From an archaeon (GTDB taxonomy: Archaea; Iainarchaeota; Iainarchaeia; Iainarchaeales; CSSED10-239), in contig JBAWVI010000052.1 in assembly GCA_037147375.1 (NCBI GenBank), forward strand, positions 1 to 6,639: a DNA stretch of 6,639 nucleotides, in the 5' to 3' direction. Position numbers and translations under genes: made by a program. This document shows positions 5,530 through 6,639 of the stretch, in pieces. The notes below the pieces were generated by a model. The model ran no database searches, was not told where the DNA came from, and saw only the letters and a program-made list of their open reading frames with translations. Position 1 is the stretch's first letter. Each line of letters begins with the position of its first letter.

Positions 5530-6591
5530 ATGTTATCAAAAGCAAAATTTATATTTTCAAAATCAAAAGTAATATCTGAAGAAAATAAAATTGAGAAGTT
5601 ATCTGATATTATTGCATATAGTGTTAAATCTAACCCTTACATCACATCTATCCTTGAAGAAAACACAAGTTCAAACTTTTTGCTTCATCATATAAATGAA
5701 CTTATTTATGTTACTGATAAAAGTAAAGTTTGGTTTATGCTTCATTCTCCAGAAAAAGAAGAACTTGAGATTTTATTTAAAGATAAAATAAATAAATTTA
5801 TTGTAGATAACGAAAATGATTTAAATAGTTTGTTATATTTCTTGGACAACACAGCTCCAAAAGAAACAAAGATAACCCTTCTTTTAAGAATGAGACTTAA
5901 AGAATACACAATTCAGACTGGAAGATACTTTGTTTATGGATTTTATTCAAAAGAAGTAAATGAATTAATAAAAAAGCTAAAAGATAACAAACAAATAGAA
6001 GCACTTGGTGTGCACGTTCATAGAAAAACACAAAATCTTTCTGAATGGTCTTTAATTCAAGAATTATCTGATTCCTTAAGCAAAGAAACAATGGCTACAA
6101 TAAAATATTTAGATATTGGAGGAGGAGTTCCTGTTCCTTATAAGAACATAAGCGTCTCTGTAATTGAAAATGTGTATAAAGAAATAAAAGAATTAAAAAC
6201 TTTTGTAAATAAAAATAATTTAAAATTAATTATTGAACCTGGAAGAGCAATAGCTGCTCCATCTGGTCGCCTTGTAACTACAATTAAAAATATAGTAGAT
6301 AACACAGTTTTTGTAGATGCATCTCTTTTCAATAGTTCAATGGATACTCTTGTAACTCATATTAAGCTTCTTGTGGATGGAGAAATAGAAGATGAAACAG
6401 AAAAAGGAACACCATACATAATTAAAGGATTAACTCCAGCATCAGAGGATATATTTAGATATAGAGTATATTTTATAGAAGGAAAAGAACCAAAGATAGG
6501 AAATAAGTTAGTTTTCTTAAATGCAGGGGCGTACATCTATTACACAGATCTTTTCAATCTAGAAAGACCAGAAATTGAGTTTGAGGAATGA
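5530..6591 (+). CDS. PLP-dependent decarboxylase, fold-type III (Orn/Arg/Lys/DAP/carboxyspermidine decarboxylase superfamily), short and divergent (353 aa)
   Basis: Family blocks appear in canonical order. AYSVK33SNP carries the PLP Schiff-base lysine (codon 5626-5628). LLLRMRL follows, then GVHVH in the position of the H.H.GS block, then YLDIGGGVP (the phosphate-binding GGG), IIEPGRAIAAPSG, and finally NAGAYIYY..LFN near the C-terminus. The substrate cannot be assigned from the sequence. AGTGAT (5518-5523) lies 6 nt before the ATG. Confidence 0.85.
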   Translation: MLSKAKFIFSKSKVISEENKIEKLSDIIAYSVKSNPYITSILEENTSSNFLLHHINELIYVTDKSKVWFMLHSPEKEELEILFKDKINKFIVDNENDLNSLLYFLDNTAPKETKITLLLRMRLKEYTIQTGRYFVYGFYSKEVNELIKKLKDNKQIEALGVHVHRKTQNLSEWSLIQELSDSLSKETMATIKYLDIGGGVPVPYKNISVSVIENVYKEIKELKTFVNKNNLKLIIEPGRAIAAPSGRLVTTIKNIVDNTVFVDASLFNSSMDTLVTHIKLLVDGEIEDETEKGTPYIIKGLTPASEDIFRYRVYFIEGKEPKIGNKLVFLNAGAYIYYTDLFNLERPEIEFEE

Positions 6592-6599
6592 ATAATATT

Positions 6600-6639
6600 A
6601 TGCAAAAATTAAATTTTATGAATGTTCCAAAGGAATATA
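6600..6639 (+). CDS. Possible start of a further co-directional ORF (MQKLNFMNVPKEY...), truncated by the window end
   Basis: The ATG at 6600 is 8 nt after the decarboxylase stop, and the frame stays open to the window end. GAGG at 6583-6586 is 13 nt upstream. Only 13 codons are visible, so this call is weak. Confidence 0.3.
   Translation, partial: MQKLNFMNVPKEY

Noticed and set aside
5897-6332. Two minus-strand 64-aa ORFs (5897-6091, 6138-6332) inside the decarboxylase gene
   Set aside because: They are antisense shadows. The sense frame carries the ordered PLP-decarboxylase motifs.
1-6639. Search for CRISPR repeats, tRNA/rRNA-like structured segments, IS inverted repeats, integrase or transposase genes, and toxin-antitoxin pairs
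   Set aside because: None were found. The only non-coding stretches longer than 25 nt are 977-1137 and 3154-3229. Both are explained as terminator/promoter DNA, and neither shows periodic repeats or cloverleaf potential.

Overview
AT-rich, very gene-dense segment, about 95% coding by the calls below. It looks archaeal: it carries an archaeal FtsZ1-type division protein and a deoxyhypusine synthase. The small proteins and tiny spacers may point to a reduced-genome (DPANN-like) lineage, but that taxonomic guess is weak. Order of features: (1) the 3' ~320 codons of ftsZ, running in from the left edge, followed by a hairpin plus T-tract terminator. (2) A stand-alone DEDDh (DnaQ/epsilon-like) 3'-5' exonuclease. 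(3) A minus-strand three-gene block of an unknown His-rich 252-aa protein, a 60-aa PspC-domain membrane protein and a NUDIX hydrolase. This block converges on the exonuclease gene with only 2 nt between the stop codons. (4) A 76-nt pure-AT divergent promoter region. (5) A tight plus-strand cluster of deoxyhypusine synthase, two tandem paralogous uncharacterised proteins (about 220 aa each, GNAT-like by eye), a short divergent fold-type-III PLP decarboxylase, and the first 13 codons of another ORF. The DHS / paralogue pair / atypical decarboxylase cluster is the best candidate for an undescribed system, namely a polyamine-supply or aIF5A-modification module. No tRNA, rRNA, CRISPR array, transposase or IS termini were seen. 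All function calls rest on motifs read by eye; no database search was possible.
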